A stretch of 61,989 nt of DNA, counting the filler, from Vannella sp. (taxonomy: Eukaryota), in assembly GCA_023345925.1 (NCBI GenBank). It is 6 parts of 6 records of this genome, joined end to end, with 100 filler letters (N's around TTAATTAATTAA, not from the genome) between each part and the next. Parts side by side here need not be neighbours in the genome. Positions count along the whole stretch, not along the records: positions 50,097 to 61,989 come from JAJQQN010001384.1; 5 more parts are not named here. One strand, 5' to 3'. Position numbers and translations under genes: made by a program. This document shows positions 58,432 to 61,989 of this stretch, piece by piece; the stretch's first letter is position 1; the number at the start of each line of letters is the position of its first letter. The notes below the pieces were generated by a model, which was given only the letters and a program-made list of their open reading frames with translations, did no database searches and was not told the origin of the DNA.

Positions 58432-60609
58432 CTACGAGACGTTTTGAGATCTGAATAGAGAACCTTCAGATCCTTCTGCAGAAGCACTAAGAAGCATCAT
58501 GCGAAGATGGAGGTAATTCACGTCTTTGGGATCCGATTGGCCTAGGATATCTTCGAGCCGAGCTTGTTTCTTCTCGTTGACTGATTGGAGGCAGGATTCC
58601 ATAACGCACCTTTGCTCCTCCGCTTCGTAGTCTATTGCTGTCTTAGCCTCTCTCAAAGAGTTCATCTGTCGGGAAGCCTCTGCAATATCGTCTTCCAACT
58701 TCTTCATAAGATTTGTGGATTCTTCAAGAGTCTGTTGCTCTTGCTTCGTTGCGGCTGCAATGAGGCCTGCTTCCTTGAAGTTTCGGGCTGATTATCACTT
58801 AGATTAGCCTTCTTCACTCATTCTCGTTAGAGACTTTGAGGATTGACTTACATGAAACGGCGAGCTGTTTCCGTTGGTCCAGTTGGATCAAAAGGTGTCT
58901 GGATTCTTGGGTCGCTTGAAGGGTGGCTGTGATTGTAGCTTGGTAAGAGATCTCTTTTTGACGCAGTTGTTGAATCTCTGCTTCTGTTGTAGCTTTCCTA
59001 ATTTCCAGACTACCAGCCGAGTGAGAGCCCATGTTTAAGTTGACTTTGAATTGACTCACCTGTGGAGAAGAGCTTCACAGTCGGTCATCTCTGAGGTCTC
59101 ACACTCCGCATGGAGTTGCTCTGTTACTTGGACAATATCGTTCAGTTTTCCCACTTCAGACAGGCATATTGCTATCTGATGCTGAAGTGATTGTAATTCC
59201 TCTTCCATCTTAAGCTCGGTTTCCTCCTTCTCAGTGGAGAGAGATTTGATTTCCTCCGACAGCTCCTCCAGTGCCAATTCACTCCCTCGTAATATGACAT
59301 CTCGTTCCTGTATAAAGTGCTCAGTTGCTTGCAACCGACGGAGAACATCCTGGAAAGGCTTGGCGTTCCCTTTGATCTCCTCCATAACCTTTCCAAGAGA
59401 CTCTTGTACTTTCTTCCTTTCTTGTCTCTTACAAGCTAAAGAGGCTTCCAGAACTTCAATTTCTTTAGCCAACGCTTCCTCTTCGGAAATGAGCCGATCC
59501 CTATCAGCCGCCAGTTCGGTGCAGGAATTGTCAATTTTCTGATGGACTTCTCCTTTTTCGAGGGAAAGGCGACTCTTTTCTATCTCTAGCTTAGCCTTTT
59601 CCTCCACCAAAGCGCCTTTCTGAGTTGCCATTCTGACTTCCTTCAGCGCTAAAGCTGTTTGGATTCGGTCGATTGCGTCTTCTTTGGCAGTTTCTTGTTT
59701 TCTAGAAAGCTCTTGAAGCTGGCTGGAGCCTCCAAGATAGACGTTGATCCTCCATTGCAGGTATTGATGCATTTCTTGTTGGTTCTGTTTGGAGAGCTCC
59801 GCAAGATGAGATAAGTCCCCTCGAAGAGTCGCTAAGGAGTGTTGAACACTTCGGATATCGTCATCAAGTACAGCAGCCCTATCAAAGTCCTCGCTTTGAG
59901 ATGCTTGGCTTTGTTGCTGGATCAATTGCGCTTCCTTAAGCTGCAACTGCCTTATTTCCTGTCTCAAAGGGGGAACTTGAAATGTCAATTCCTTCTCTGA
60001 CTCGTAAAGGAGGTAAACTTGAGCATCAATTTCACTTAGATTGGCCTTAAGTTGGTCTTGAGGAGTCTTCTCTTCAAGGTCAGATGATGGGATGGCCAAG
60101 AGAACCTCGTTTGCTGGATGAGGAGTCTCCAAAAGAGGTTTTGTTGGCTCCTCGATAAAGTCAAAGGCAGATAGGCTAGCGGAGGCCGCCATTAAAGTGA
60201 ATTCAGACGGAGAGCGTTCACTGGATGCTTGTGAAAGGAAGATCTCAGGGAAGGGCTCAGGAGTGGGGATGTCGCCATCCAGGTTCTCGTACTTCAGGGT
60301 CACTGGCTTCACCACTGGACGAGAGAGAGTCATCCCAGTGAACATACTTGGAGTAGAATGCACTTGGGAAGGAGCAGAAGGCTGAGGGGATGTAGATTTG
60401 CTTGCTTTTGTCTCTGATCCAAAGTTGCTGGTTATAGGAGGAACCGATCGCATCCGAGGCTTTGCAGCCTTCTTTGGAACCGACCGCGCTCTTCTCAATC
60501 GTTTTGCCAACTCCACAGGATCCTCCTCTTCCACCTGTTCTCCCTTCAACGCCAAACCAACCAAAAGGCCTCCCACAGGATCCTCCTTCACCTCTAACCC
60601 AGAAAACAT
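58432..60609 (-). CDS. Long coiled-coil protein with a UVR-like motif, multi-exon
   Basis: ATG 60609 (MFSGLEVK); extended heptads; ASQSEDFDRAAVLDDDI; ORFs 59056-60645, 58814-59059 and 58432-58707 separated by short introns; 3' end uncertain. Confidence 0.65.
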
Positions 60610-60761
60610 ATTATGCAATCGAATAAGCAAATTACCTATCTGCAAGCCACATTAATCGGTTGAAGTCAGCCGTTGTTTTTGCCCTCTCGCTTCTGATTGG
60701 TGGACTCAAAATATCTCCCTGAAACGGCTCATTTTGGTCCGCGCCCAACCAGCGGGTGGTG

Positions 60762-61421
60762 ATGACCATGCGGCAGCTTACTCGGCAATTGCTGAGGCGG
60801 CGATCGGAGGAGATGAGTGGGCCAGTGTTGCTTGATACGAGTGAGCAGGAGGAGATCGTACAGCGCTTCCGTTCGGATAACGAACGGAATAACCGATTTT
60901 ACCGGGTTTGTTGTTACTTCCGTGTGGGTAGCCGTTGCTGATGCTCTTCATAGATAGCTCTTAGCTTCTCAGGGGCAGCCTTGGGGTTGATGAAGGCACT
61001 ATGCGCTCTGATCCAGGTTCTGGCGCCGTGGACGTTACCAATGCATCTGGCAGCGATCGATTTCTATCCTCTGTGGTTGGTAGTGGTCCTTGAGCTGTAC
61101 TCATGCTCCTTCTTGTTCTATTTCTCTGTCTACATTCACTCTCCAACCATGCAAGCATCCAAGACCGCTTACGTGTTCCTCCTAAGTAGGTTACCCTGCG
61201 CCCCTTCCTATTCCTGCTGACCTGACGATCTTCCAGTCTCAGTAACACAACTGATCGTGTCTTCTTTCATCTGGCTTCCCAATCCGATTGTCCCATTGTG
61301 GTTCACAGGGGGCACTCTCCTCTTTGGCGGGGTGGTCCTTTATGCAGACGCCACCCTCAAGAGTACCACGCAGGACATTGAAAAGCTGCAGGGGTACATG
61401 TACTCATTCAAAAAATTGTAG
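60762..61421 (+). CDS. Small multi-TM hypothetical protein, 3 exons
   Basis: LLDTSEQEEIVQRFRSDNERNNRFYR, hydrophobic helices, terminal QDIEKLQGYMYSFKKL*; introns near 60906-60954 and 61187-61236. Confidence 0.6.
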
Positions 61422-61989
61422 TTTTACGTTCACTTTCTCTTTTTCAGTTGTCGTCAGGTTCCTGTCGTCAGGTTGACCCTATTTCAGAGAATTGGGGAAA
61501 GGATATCTTATGTGCACCGCATGAGCCGAGCGGCGCAAACATGTAACTCACAATGTTAGGAGGAGGATTCTATTTTCGAGTAATATAATCAAGTTGTACA
61601 AGCGAGGGAAACAGATGGTATAAGTCAGCACTTTCAGTGGTTGGAACGGGATACGTTCACTTTCTGACACTCTTTTTTTTGTTTGGAAAAACAGAACTTT
61701 CTGACACTCAGTGGGACCCAATCCTTGGCGGAATCAGTGGGGAACTGAAAAGAATGAAGGAAGGACGAGAAAAGTCACGAGCAGTGAGGGCATTTCCCCT
61801 CATTAGGGTCCTTTGGAGCACCCAAAACGAAATCAGCTCAAAAGCTTATCCTGAAGAGATGGAGGTCATCAGGACACTCTACGCAAACACCAGTTTTGGA
61901 ACCCTCTTCCCCTTTGCTCGTGGATTTTCTCTGATCCTTTCGCGAACTCAACCCAGAGAGACCTATTCGGGGGTTTGGTAGCTTACTGG

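Overview
This window is not prokaryotic or viral. It is six gene-dense contigs of a microbial eukaryote (1-9353, 9454-18286, 18387-25362, 25463-32416, 32517-49996, 50097-61989) joined by five identical artificial 100-nt linkers (N44-TTAATTAATTAA-N44). Genes use the standard code, have short (~40-66 nt) GT-AG introns and very short intergenic spacers. Amoebozoa is my best guess for the lineage (inference only). Recognisable housekeeping genes: proteasome alpha-2, U11/U12-35K (minor spliceosome), Pkr1-like, cohesin SA/Scc3, FNIP, GH27 alpha-galactosidase, MIOS, RluA-type pseudouridine synthase, histone H4, CK1, Ku70, SmD1, ARS2/Serrate, CDC27, SF3B2, STRAP, CAP, PLAC8 and MPP-beta. The most unusual items: (i) a Rac-like ORF with an exact P-loop deletion, ACG in place of the start ATG and an intact CAAX box; (ii) an RGS-LRR-pseudokinase; (iii) an intronless HtrL/YibB + GT-A-like double glycosyltransferase with two copies of an unrecognised 8-Cys module; (iv) a ~8.6-kb EGF/propeller/REJ/GPS single-pass receptor gene; (v) a mucin-like, probably GPI-anchored surface protein with one in-frame TAG inside its repeat array; (vi) a tandem ankyrin-gene array whose copies share an upstream inverted repeat. 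All family assignments are from remembered motifs; no database search was run. Exon boundaries were read by eye.
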